Positions 32,828 through 42,907 of a stretch of DNA of 64,000 bases are shown piece after piece. Below the pieces are notes generated by a model. It did not search any database. It saw only the letters and a list, made by a program, of their open reading frames with translations, and was not told the DNA's origin. The stretch's first letter is position 1. Each line of letters starts with the position of its first letter. The stretch covers positions 2,848,001 to 2,912,000 of the forward strand of contig OY762007.1 in NCBI GenBank assembly GCA_963665115.1. The letters are read 5' to 3'. Both the position numbers and the translations under genes were made by a program. The stretch is from an uncultured Rivularia sp. Lineage in GTDB: Bacteria; Cyanobacteriota; Cyanobacteriia; Cyanobacteriales; Nostocaceae.

Positions 32828-34822
32828 TTAAATTAATTTTTCACACCGATAAAGTTGATAGGGAATACCGATTCGATAATGTTGATTAACATCGATATTG
32901 CAAGATAATGTTTGAGAAACGTTAATTTGGTTTGGATAATCGCGTCGTAATCTTCCAGGTGCCAATATCCATAAGTTGAGTTGAGAAATCTTTTTATTTG
33001 GTAATTGGGAAAGCTTTTCAAATACTGATTCAAAACCGGAACTTTGATTTAAAAAAGCAAAAGTAGTGCGTTCGCATAGCGTGTCTGGAGGACAAACATC
33101 TTGCTCGCTAGAAAAATTAATTAGATTAGATTTAACATCTTGCTCGCTAGAAAAATCATATTTATTCGGATTAGTAGCTTGTTTGCTTAATAATTGATAA
33201 TTATAATTTACGGTTTCTCTTTCCAAAGCTAAAGCATAGCTCAAACCCAAAGCCACATCTTGATAATTGCTATATGCCATTACAGCCATTACGGGCACGG
33301 TGGGTTCTTGATAAATCTTTTGTGCTACTTGTTGGGGCAGATATGGTTTTTGTAAACCTAGATTAGATACAACGAAAATGCAACCGATCAAACCAACAAA
33401 TAAAATTATCGGTAATTGGTGATTTTTAATTTTTAAATTCGTAGTGCGAGCATCTTGCTCGCTTGAATTTCCACGTACATTCGTAGTGCGAGCATCTTGC
33501 TCGCTTGAATTTCCCCGTACATTCGTAGTGCGAGCATCTTGCTCACTTAAATTTCCTTCAGAAAGCAAGATATTTTTATCTCTACTGTTTTCGCGAATCA
33601 AACTGGCAGCAATTAAAGCGCTGAAGCTGGGATAATAAATAAAGTTGTAGCGGGGTGCAACTGTGATATCTTTACCAAGTATGTAGGAAATCGTAAATAT
33701 TCCTAGTAATACGAAAGTTGTGAAGCTTAATAAAGTTAAAGTAGGTAAACAAGTTGTAGGTTCTTTGAATAACAGCTTGATTCCTTTAAATACTTTCCAT
33801 CCTAACCAAACTGAAAATAACAACATTAGCAAACCGGAAATAATTACTATTGCTAAAGGCTGTCCTTCTACAGGTAACATAATTATCATTACAACCCAAC
33901 TAATCAAAGTTTGATAAAAGGGTTCGATGTGTTGGGGTGTAGGTAGCCAACTGGTTTCGGAACGGTTTAAATGATTTTGAACTATTTTGAGCCAGGGAAT
34001 AAGCGCGATCGCAACAGTGCTGATGGATAAAATTAATGCAATAAGACAATTTCGCAAAGATTTACTGCTGTGAAAACTTCTCTTGTGCAATGAGAAAAGC
34101 TTGATTTTTTTATTCCGTGACAAGCTAGGTAAAAATATTAGTAGTAATAAGGTAGCAATTTGAGCGATAAAGGCAATAATGCAAAAATAATGAATGTAAA
34201 TAGAAATAATATTGATAATTGTCCATGTCAGCCACAGCCAAACTCTAACTTGTTGACGTTGAATATCTTGCTGAATTTGTATAAGTGCTAACAGAGATAA
34301 ACTTATCGTCAGCATTGGTAAAGTGTAATGCCGTGCTTCCTGAGATAAATAAACCGCGAAAGGGGAAACAGCCACAAAAGCAGCACCCATTAACCCAGCT
34401 TTACGAGAAAAAGCTAATCGGTTGAGAAAATACACCGCTACAACCAAAGCGACACCAAACCATGCAGAAGGCGATCGCAATTTATTTACCCAGTCATCAC
34501 CAAGAGGAGCAACCCATCCTAAAAAGGCATACATTCCACAAAAAAACAGCGGTGGATGGGTAGATTCGGTAGCAATATTTTGAGCAATTTGAGGACAAGT
34601 TACCCCCGGTTGATAACTAAAAACATCCCGCAATTTTTCTAAAGGAAATACGACATCTAAGGGGATAGAACTATAATTTTTACCTAAACTAAAGATGGCG
34701 GTGATAACTTCATCCATCCACAAAGGTTTAAGTTCCAAATTCCAAAAGCGCAAAATAATCGCTAATGAAATAAAAAAAGTTAAACTCAAATAATGTAAAT
34801 TTAGCTTCCGATTTGTCATCAT
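32828..34822 (-). CDS. GT-C fold glycosyltransferase (family 39/PMT-like) with in-frame repeat insertions
   Basis: LWMDEV, THPPLFF and SQEARHY motifs, many TM helices and SEQDARTT repeats. Confidence 0.85.
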   Translation of the reverse strand: MMTNRKLNLHYLSLTFFISLAIILRFWNLELKPLWMDEVITAIFSLGKNYSSIPLDVVFPLEKLRDVFSYQPGVTCPQIAQNIATESTHPPLFFCGMYAFLGWVAPLGDDWVNKLRSPSAWFGVALVVAVYFLNRLAFSRKAGLMGAAFVAVSPFAVYLSQEARHYTLPMLTISLSLLALIQIQQDIQRQQVRVWLWLTWTIINIISIYIHYFCIIAFIAQIATLLLLIFLPSLSRNKKIKLFSLHKRSFHSSKSLRNCLIALILSISTVAIALIPWLKIVQNHLNRSETSWLPTPQHIEPFYQTLISWVVMIIMLPVEGQPLAIVIISGLLMLLFSVWLGWKVFKGIKLLFKEPTTCLPTLTLLSFTTFVLLGIFTISYILGKDITVAPRYNFIYYPSFSALIAASLIRENSRDKNILLSEGNLSEQDARTTNVRGNSSEQDARTTNVRGNSSEQDARTTNLKIKNHQLPIILFVGLIGCIFVVSNLGLQKPYLPQQVAQKIYQEPTVPVMAVMAYSNYQDVALGLSYALALERETVNYNYQLLSKQATNPNKYDFSSEQDVKSNLINFSSEQDVCPPDTLCERTTFAFLNQSSGFESVFEKLSQLPNKKISQLNLWILAPGRLRRDYPNQINVSQTLSCNIDVNQHYRIGIPYQLYRCEKLI
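33439..33548. repeat. Three tandem 39-bp units containing GTAGTGCGAGCATCTTGCTCGC, inside the CDS
   Basis: Encode (S)SEQDARTTN repeats; the same motif is intergenic at 7611, 16146, 21791, 25166 and 60034. Confidence 0.9.
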
Positions 34823-34917
34823 TAAATTATTAGCTAATTGAGGAATGGCAAACCAAACTTCTTCCCAACCTCAATATTTATTTTTAATATAGAAAATCTA
34901 CATCTCTTTATTCTCAT

Positions 34918-37476
34918 ATGTCAGACGCTAATGTAACAAGCTCAGTGCCAGAAAATCCTTTGTCATCGCGATTGCCAACCTTGCATACATCTTCGCGTGC
35001 TGCCTCGATTGCAAATATCCGCAACTCCTTACGTATTGGGCAGCAACCAATGGCTGACTGGAAGGGTGGCCCATTAGCAGTATCTGCGGTACCTGGTGCC
35101 GGGAAATCAACGGGAATGGCAGCAGCTGCGGCGATCGCAATTGCTCGTCAGTATCAAAAAACCGATTCTTTACGCCCTGTAATTCGTCGTCAATTAATAG
35201 TTGTCACCTTCACTCGTTCTGCTGCTGCTAATATTAAAGCCAAAATCCGCAAATATTTAAGAGAAGGTTTATCGTTACCGCAAACGGGTTTTTTCGTTTA
35301 TACTTTGCACGGTTTAGCGTTAAATATTGCCACCCGTCATCCCGAATTATCCGGTTTAGAACTCGATTACGTCACATTAATTACCCCAAATCAAAGCCAT
35401 CGCTTCATCCGCACCGCAGTAGAAAAATGGATTGCAAATAATCCACGACTGTACGCTTTATTAATGGAAGGAATGCAGTTTGATGGAGAAGAAACAGAAA
35501 GATTGCGCCGTCAATCGGTGTTACGCACAGAAGTATTGCCAGAATTAGCAACAGCGGTAATTCATGAAGCCAAAAGTTCGGGAATGACACCCGAAGATGT
35601 ACATCAATTGAGCCAGCAAAGCATCGATGCATACGAAATATTGAAAATCTCGGCAGGATTGTACGAACAATATCAAACCTTGATGAGGGATAGAGATTTC
35701 ATCGATTACGACGACATGATATTGGCTGCATTACGAGTATTAGATAACGAAAGCGCCAGAAAAATCGAGCAAAAACAAGTATTCGCCGTATTTGAAGACG
35801 AAGCACAGGATTCTAGTCCGCTTCAGACTAAGTTGTTGGAGATATTGGCGAGTGGGGAAGGAGAAGGAGAGGGGGGAGAGGGGGAGACAGGGGAGAGGGG
35901 GAGACAGGGGGATAAGGGGACAAGGAGATGGGGAGAAAATGCAATTCCCAATGCCCAATTACCAATTACCAATTACCAATTACCAATTACCAATCATCAA
36001 ATTAATATAATTCGGGTGGGAGATCCCAATCAGGCGATTAATTCTACTTTTACACCAGCAGATCCGATTTATTTTCGCCAGTTTTGTCAGGAATGCGATT
36101 CTCAAGAGCGTTTGGCAACTATGGATCAAGCCGGACGAAGTAGTAAAATAATTATCGAAACTGCAAACTTTGCTCTCGAATGGGTAAACAGTCTCTACCA
36201 AAGCAGACAAAGACAATCTTCTTCCCCCTCTCCCCCCTCTACCCCCTCTACCCCCTCTACCCCCTCTCCCCCCTCTCTCCCCTTCCGCTATCAAAGAATT
36301 CTTCCAGTAGATGCCAACGATCCGCAACCGAATGCTAACCCAGCAGCAATCGGAAGAGGAGTAGAAATTTACACTCCTGAAGATATCCACAATACTGTAG
36401 AATTACTGTCAAAAAGAATCATCGAACTATTTCCTGAAGACAACGAAGATAACGGTAGTGCAGCGATATTAGTGAGAGAAAACCGTCAGGGAAACTGGTT
36501 AAGCCAAGCACTTAGACCAATTTGTAAAGAGCATAATATTTTACTTTACGACGTTGGCGAACAAGATAGACATTCCCACGTACCAGAAGAGATATTGGCA
36601 GTTTTACAATTTTGCGATCGCCCTCATTCTCCCGATTTTCTCAAGGCTGCTTTAGGGGTTTTAGTAAAACGAAGATTAATCGAACCCCAAGATTTAAATG
36701 CTTTGGCTTCCTTACCCGAGGAATTTTTATATCCTTCTCCTTTAGCACCATTGCAAACCGAAGCCGTAAAAAAAGCTGGTGAATTTTGTCGAGATTTACT
36801 CAATGCTCGTTTAGAATTACCTCTTTATCAAATAATTTCTTTCATCGCTTTAAAACTGGATTACCAACAAGCCGAATTAGCCACAGCCGATAAACTTTCC
36901 GAAAGAATCAACAAGCAAATTGCAGGTGAGATTTCAATGGGAACAATGCTGGGAACACTCAGCGAAATCGTTAGCTCCGAACGCTTTGAACCCGTAGACA
37001 CCGAAGACTCAGAAGCACGTTATACCCGTCGCAATCAACTGACGGTTATTACAATGCATAAAGCCAAAGGTTTGGATTGGGATTACGTATTTTTACCGTT
37101 TCTGCATGAAAACTTAATACCGGGTAAATTTTGGGTGCCACCGCAAAGAAAATTCCTGGGTGACTTTACTTTGTCGGAAGTAGCTCGCGCTCAAATCCGC
37201 GCTGCACTGCATGGTGAATCAAAATTACCCGACGTAACCGAAGCATGGGAACAAGCAAAGCATTTGAAGATTGCTGAAGAATATCGTTTGTTGTATGTTG
37301 CAATGACTAGAGCAAAGCGATTGTTGTGGTTGTCGGCAGCGAAGGAAGCGCCTTTTACTTGGAGTAAACCGGATAATTTGCAGAAACAACCAGCTTGTCC
37401 AGTTTTTAACGCTTTGAAGCGGGAGTTTACGGAATGTGTCATCGATGAAGCGAATTCGTTCGTAGTAGCGCTTTAG
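34918..37476 (+). CDS. UvrD/REP family ATP-dependent helicase with low-complexity inserts
   Basis: AVPGAGKS, VTFTRSAA, EDEAQD, VGDPNQAI, TMHKAKGLDW and RLLYVAMTRA. Confidence 0.9.
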   Translation: MSDANVTSSVPENPLSSRLPTLHTSSRAASIANIRNSLRIGQQPMADWKGGPLAVSAVPGAGKSTGMAAAAAIAIARQYQKTDSLRPVIRRQLIVVTFTRSAAANIKAKIRKYLREGLSLPQTGFFVYTLHGLALNIATRHPELSGLELDYVTLITPNQSHRFIRTAVEKWIANNPRLYALLMEGMQFDGEETERLRRQSVLRTEVLPELATAVIHEAKSSGMTPEDVHQLSQQSIDAYEILKISAGLYEQYQTLMRDRDFIDYDDMILAALRVLDNESARKIEQKQVFAVFEDEAQDSSPLQTKLLEILASGEGEGEGGEGETGERGRQGDKGTRRWGENAIPNAQLPITNYQLPITNHQINIIRVGDPNQAINSTFTPADPIYFRQFCQECDSQERLATMDQAGRSSKIIIETANFALEWVNSLYQSRQRQSSSPSPPSTPSTPSTPSPPSLPFRYQRILPVDANDPQPNANPAAIGRGVEIYTPEDIHNTVELLSKRIIELFPEDNEDNGSAAILVRENRQGNWLSQALRPICKEHNILLYDVGEQDRHSHVPEEILAVLQFCDRPHSPDFLKAALGVLVKRRLIEPQDLNALASLPEEFLYPSPLAPLQTEAVKKAGEFCRDLLNARLELPLYQIISFIALKLDYQQAELATADKLSERINKQIAGEISMGTMLGTLSEIVSSERFEPVDTEDSEARYTRRNQLTVITMHKAKGLDWDYVFLPFLHENLIPGKFWVPPQRKFLGDFTLSEVARAQIRAALHGESKLPDVTEAWEQAKHLKIAEEYRLLYVAMTRAKRLLWLSAAKEAPFTWSKPDNLQKQPACPVFNALKREFTECVIDEANSFVVAL

Positions 37477-37783
37477 CGCATCTTAATATTTGTAGTTTTT
37501 GTAGGGTGTGTTACGGCTTCGATATCTGAATTGTTAATTACTATGCAGGGCAATGCCGTAACGCACCATTTCCGGAGAGATGATTTTTGTAGGTTAGCTT
37601 CACGGTGGATTTATAATGATGATTTTTAATATCGAGATTTAAATTGCGCCGTAACTACAAATAAATATAGATACAGCATATTTAGTTTTGGTGAAGTACA
37701 TTCTGACGGGCAGGGATGCCCATCCCACAAGACTTTCGGAATATAGTTTTGTACCTCATTTAGCTGCAAAGGGCTGTATGAAG

Positions 37784-38164
37784 GTAGGTTGGGTGAAGGT
37801 GTATTTGTAATGATGATTCTCAATATCGGAATTGATATTGCACCGTAACCCAACCGGAGCGATTGTGGAGAAATATATAAAATGTTGGGTTACGACACGA
37901 ATTAACAATTTTCTATCAAACCAAATTAACTTTCATGTCTAACCCAACCTACATCTGTAAATAATTTTATTGTGAAATTTACGACTCATCGTTTGTAGGT
38001 TGGGTTAGGTGCAGCAGGTAATGTAGATTTTCAACAAATCAATAAGAAATTGCACCGTAACCCAACATTAGAATTGTGGATAAACATATCGGATGTTGGG
38101 TTACGACACGAATAAACAATTCTTGTTTCAAATCAAATTAATTTGCGTGTCTAACCCAACCTAC
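37784..38164. repeat. Tandem pair of inverted long-loop REP doublets (about 211-bp period)
   Basis: Hairpins at 37784-37854, 37882-37952, 37995-38068 and 38093-38164. Confidence 0.85.
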
Positions 38165-38352
38165 AAATGATATTCTTTTACTACATTAAAATACTCGATT
38201 AAATTAAGAAAAATAAAAGTCCTTCAATAAAAAATTAAAATAATAATATCTAAATAATTTTATTGTGAAATTTACGACTCATAGCACTAATTTATTGCTG
38301 ATATTGTTAAACTTTTGATTGAAATTAAATACCATTTATCAATCAATAAAAG

Positions 38353-39057
38353 ATGTTTACAGAATTCCTTTTATTATCTCAAGTATTATCTAACGATAGC
38401 TTTTTAATCAACCAATCCAAATATACCCAATCGGAAACAGTAGTCAACCTTTATTCTCAACAGAAATCCCAAAAAAGTCAGGGAAGCTTTCACGATAAGC
38501 TTGAAGCATTAGGAGAGCGTGAAACTGGCTTTACATCTGGTGATTTAAGACAATACAACTTTGTCAATCCGCAACTATATTTTCTTGGTAAATACCAGTT
38601 TGCAGAAATATTATTAATTCGACTTGGTTATTACAAAGCTCAGGTTTACTTCGGCAATGGTGCAAATAAAAATTATTGGCGAGGTATTTGGACTGGTAAA
38701 GACGGTATTAATAGTAAAGCGGAATTTATGAATTCTCCGGAAGTTCAAGAAAAAGCTATTCGTGAAGCTTTTGGTGTTTATTGGCAGGATATCAATTATT
38801 TGATGAACAAAAGAGGTAAATCAATTGAATCTTATTTATCTCAAGTAAAAACTTTTAACGAGAGCGGAAAGCCCAGAACAATCAAAATTACTCTTTCAGG
38901 AATAATTGCAGCGGCTCATCTCAAAGGTGCTGATAAAGTTGTAGATTTATTAGTAAATGGTAAAGTATCTCAAGACCCTTTTGGTACTTCTATTCTGGCA
39001 TATTTAGAAGAATTTAGCGGTTACGAAACAACACCACAAGATTTTTTGCAGCCATAA
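38353..39057 (+). CDS. Putative lysozyme-like (muramidase/lytic transglycosylase) protein
   Basis: LGERETG (candidate catalytic Glu), LGKYQF, F..SPEVQE and AAAHLKG, a pattern recalled from lysozyme-fold proteins. Confidence 0.55.
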   Translation: MFTEFLLLSQVLSNDSFLINQSKYTQSETVVNLYSQQKSQKSQGSFHDKLEALGERETGFTSGDLRQYNFVNPQLYFLGKYQFAEILLIRLGYYKAQVYFGNGANKNYWRGIWTGKDGINSKAEFMNSPEVQEKAIREAFGVYWQDINYLMNKRGKSIESYLSQVKTFNESGKPRTIKITLSGIIAAAHLKGADKVVDLLVNGKVSQDPFGTSILAYLEEFSGYETTPQDFLQP

Positions 39058-39216
39058 TCATTTTTCGCTCAATAAACCAACATTACGTTTGTGGGTAAAT
39101 AAGATGTTGGGTTACGACACTAATTAAGAATTATCGTCACAAATCAAATTCCTAAACGTGTCTAACCCAACCTACAATTACCAATGATCAATTACCAATT
39201 ACCAATTATCAATTAA

Positions 39217-40014
39217 TTAAATACTCGCAACAGATCCACCATCAACGCGATAGTTTGCACCTAATACAAAACTTGCTTGCTGGGAACACAAAAAGGCAAT
39301 TACTGCGGCGACTTCTTGGGCTTTTCCACGACGATTGAGTTCTAAATGAGGGCGATCATTTTTCAAAAATTGGGAAATCGCTTCTTCAAAACTAATTCCT
39401 TTTTCTTCGGCTTGTTTTTTCATCATTGCGTCTGTCATGGGAGTTGCAATGAATGCGGGGGAAACTGAGTTTATTAATACGCCATCTTTACCGTAAGCTT
39501 TTGATAATCCTTTGGCTAAGTTGAGTACTCCGGCTTTGGCTGCACAGTAAGGTAATTCGTCTGCATAAGGTTGTAAGGCATCTTCGGAACTTATTAAAAC
39601 TACTCTTCCCCAACCCGATTCGCGCATTGATGGAATGAAAGCACGACAAACCCGCACTGCTGACATTAAATCAACTTAAATTGTATTAAGCCATTCTTCG
39701 TCAGTTATTTCCAGAAAATCCCCGGTTGCTCCAGTAATTCCGGCTGCGTTAACTAAAATATCAACTTTGCCAAAACGCTGTAGAATTTCACTTTTAGCAT
39801 TTTCTACCTGTGCAAGTTCTCTTAAGTCGGCTTTAACGTACATTACTTCGCCAATTTTGCCAACTTCTTGGGCAGCTTGCTTTAATTTATCGTCAGTTTT
39901 ATCAATTAAAGCTACTTTTACACCTTCGGTGGTGAGTAATTTCGCCGTTGCAACACCGATACCCGAATCACCACCAGTGATGACAGCAATCTTATCTTTA
40001 ATATTAAAATCCAT
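39217..40014 (-). pseudogene. SDR oxidoreductase interrupted by an in-frame TAA at 39676-39678
   Basis: TGGDSGIG and VNAAG, then NTI*VDLMSA, then YCAAK and VDGG, all in one frame. Confidence 0.85.
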
Positions 40015-40195
40015 AATAAATCAATTAACAGTTATCAATTATCAATTATCAGTTAATGCTTACTGATGACTGTTTGAAGTTTATTTCACGGTTTTGATAT
40101 TTTTATCGCTCTGGGGTTTTATTTTTTTGGTGTTAAGGAGGAAGGATTTACATGACTTTTGATGGTTGAATTTTTATCGTTATTAAGATTTTGAT

Positions 40196-41420
40196 TTAAC
40201 TATATTTTTTTTCTTGCTGAATAAAGTTACTGGAAATAATGCATCCGAAAGAGAGAGAAAAGGCGATACCTTCGGTGAGCTTCGCTTAACGCACTCATCA
40301 AGGCGGCAAATTGCGGTGAAATTGCTTGGGGTTGATTAAATACCGAACCAAAAATACTCATAGCTAAACCAACGCCACCAAAATACATTCCTATACCCAA
40401 TCCTCCGCGATTTGGAGGAACCATTTCTAAGGCAAAGGGAATTGTACCGTTTAAAACGAAGCTGCTACTAATTGCTAAAAAAGCTAGAAGTAGAATATTT
40501 GTGCCAACTAAAGGTAACAGTAGCATTAACAAAACAACTACAGCGCTACCAGCAAGCATAGCGTTACGATTACCAATTTTCTTGGCAATTAAACCAGCAG
40601 GTAAAGCCGCCATAGCTGCTGTAATCCCGAATATCACCATTTGTAGCTGGATATTTTCGCTATTTAACTCAAGTTTGAGAAATTTACTAACTGCATCAAG
40701 TAACAACCTATAACCCCAAGCAAAACTACCACCTAAAACAAAAATCAATCCCAGCCCTGGAAAAGATATTGGTAAGGGTGATTCTGCTTGATGTTTATCA
40801 ACTGGTTCATTAGATACAATCTCTGGAGGATGAATAAATCTCAATACTGCTGCCGAACCTAACAGTACAAAAGAACCAGAAGCAAAGGTAACAACTGGAC
40901 CTAAACTAAGTAGTAAGTCATTGGCAGCAATTCTAAAAGAACCGATAGTTCCACCAATTAAGGTAAGTACGCTGGCAGCCATTGGTAAACTTTTTGGCAT
41001 GGCATAGCGTCCCAACAAAGACAGTACCGGACTGCGAAATACAGTCATTGCCAGCGCCCAAGCTATTACTAATACTGGCAAAATGAATTTTAATACTGTT
41101 GTCGGTGGAACAAAAGTAACAACGCACGGGATAGCAATAAATAAAGCTGAGGAAAGCAAAACCCCAACTGTAATAAAAGGGAAACGACTAGAAAACCAAC
41201 GTTGTTTTTGATCGGAAAGCGAACCCATCAAAGGTTCCATGAATACAGCTAAAGCATTTTCTAAAATTAGTAGACTTATCGCCAATGATTTAGAGAAACC
41301 GAATTGCACCAATAATTTAGGCAAGTAAAAATTGTAAATTACCCAGCTAAGTGCAATTGCACCCTGCACCATTGCCAAACCACAAACCTGAAGCCATAAT
41401 ACTTGTTTGCTGTTATTCAT
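40196..41420 (-). CDS. MFS transporter; C-terminus carries a small insertion in a HIP1 site
   Basis: Multi-TM protein with GSLSD..R..RFPF. Removing the 22-nt insert (40268-40289) restores ...MSAIAFSLSFGCIISSNFIQQEKKYS*. Confidence 0.85.
40263..40292 (-). mobile_element. SDR-like small element splitting HIP1 (GCG|ATCGC)
   Basis: Minus strand reads GCG-TTAAGCGAAGCTCACCGAAGGT-ATCGC. Confidence 0.75.
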
Positions 41421-41486
41421 TTATATACATAATACTTCTAGTAATATGGCGTATTTTTAACTGTAACTAGATTAGTTTATGCCTTT

Positions 41487-42011
41487 TTATGCATTAAATT
41501 CCCGTCGGGCTTTTTTCATCACTTCCCGAACATAATTGCTTTTTCCTTGTGTATAAGCTTCTCTATCATCATGAAACTGCGCTGCTAAATCCCGCTTTAA
41601 TTTTTCATATCGTCGCGCTTCTTCTGGATGTATTTTTAAATAATCTCTAAATAATCGCCGCTGCCAAAACTTGCCATCAATTTCTACAACATGAACGTGA
41701 TGGGTTCGCTTTTCTCCATATGGTGGCATTCCTTTAACAAAAAACATCTTTTCGGGATTGGGATTGTCTGCCCAATATACATATCCCAAATCTTCGAGAG
41801 GTTTTATAATCTTTTTACCATCCAATAAATCGCGTAACCCAACCATAATATCGATAACTGGTTTCGCCGCTAATCCCGGTACCGCAGTTGAGCCAATGTG
41901 TTGAATTTCTGCAATTGCATCTTTCCCCAAAGCTTTGCGAATAGATTCGGCTTCATGCTCAAACATATTCGCCCAATCCGCGTTATATTCTACAATTTCG
42001 ATTTCATCCAT
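41487..42011 (-). CDS. GrpB family nucleotidyltransferase-fold protein
   Basis: HIGSTAVPGLAAKPVIDI, THHVH and FRDYL...Y..LK motifs. Confidence 0.92.
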   Translation of the reverse strand: MDEIEIVEYNADWANMFEHEAESIRKALGKDAIAEIQHIGSTAVPGLAAKPVIDIMVGLRDLLDGKKIIKPLEDLGYVYWADNPNPEKMFFVKGMPPYGEKRTHHVHVVEIDGKFWQRRLFRDYLKIHPEEARRYEKLKRDLAAQFHDDREAYTQGKSNYVREVMKKARREFNA

Positions 42012-42189
42012 GATTGTTACAAATCAACAGTATCTAGGGAACCTCTCTCCTGCAAGGAGAGAGGCTTTAATGGTTCCCCTTCCCTTGCAGGGAAGGGGTT
42101 AGGGGTTAGGTTTTTCCGATTTCAATGCAGCAAATTACGAATTACAACTTATAATATGGGATTGTGTCTAAGTGTAGAAACATAAAAAA

Positions 42190-42396
42190 ATGCCTAAATT
42201 AAAATCTCGCAAAGCTGCTGCGAAACGATTTCGTGCCACTGGTACTGGTAAAATTGTTCGTCGTAAAGCTTTCAAAAACCACATTCTAGAAAAGAAAACT
42301 AGAAATAAAAAGCGTAACTTATCTAAAGCGGTAATCGTTGACGATCGCGATGCTGATAATGTACGCGGTATGCTTCCTTATCTACCAAGAAAGTAG
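42190..42396 (+). CDS. rpmI: 50S ribosomal protein L35
   Basis: [21 protein letters not shown]. Confidence 0.97.
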   Translation: MPKLKSRKAAAKRFRATGTGKIVRRKAFKNHILEKKTRNKKRNLSKAVIVDDRDADNVRGMLPYLPRK

Positions 42397-42457
42397 ATTT
42401 GGTAAATTATTAGGAAATTACTAGAAAATTACTGGAAAATTACTGGAACATTAAACT

Positions 42458-42811
42458 ATGCCAAGAGTAAAGCGCGGTAATGTAGCTCGCAAACGCCGCA
42501 AAAAAATCCTCAAACTAGCTAAAGGCTATCGTGGTTCTCACTCTACCTTATTTAGAACCGCCAACCAGCAGGTAATGAAAGCCCTGCGTTATGCTTATCG
42601 CGATCGCAAAAAACGTAAGCGTGATTTTCGCCGTCTGTGGATTGCTCGTATCAATGCAGCTTGTCGTCAACACGGCATGAGCTACAGCAAATTCATGGGC
42701 AATTTGAAGAAATCCAACATTGAAATCAACCGTAAAATGTTGTCTCAAATGGCGATTTTAGATCCTGCTGGTTTTAGCAAAGTTGCCGAAATGGCTAGCC
42801 AAGCGAAATAA
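42458..42811 (+). CDS. rplT: 50S ribosomal protein L20
   Basis: MPRVKRG...[14 protein letters not shown]. Confidence 0.97.
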   Translation: MPRVKRGNVARKRRKKILKLAKGYRGSHSTLFRTANQQVMKALRYAYRDRKKRKRDFRRLWIARINAACRQHGMSYSKFMGNLKKSNIEINRKMLSQMAILDPAGFSKVAEMASQAK

Positions 42812-42907
42812 ATGGATAAAAAAGTTCGTAGTAAGAGTTTTAACTCTTATGTTGAGGATTAAAATCCTCACTACGAACCCTCACTGATGTAGCTGGTGTT
42901 GCAATAG

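Noticed and set aside
38060..38101. Integron attC-like site (ACCCAAC...GTTGGGT fits RYYYAAC...GTTRRRY)
   Set aside because: It is only about 42 bp, has no L boxes, is explained by two facing REP arms, and no integrase is in the window.
37784..38164. CRISPR-like array (conserved arms with variable segments of about 35 nt)
   Set aside because: Units alternate in orientation, the variable parts are hairpin loops related to each other, copies are dispersed, and no cas genes are present.
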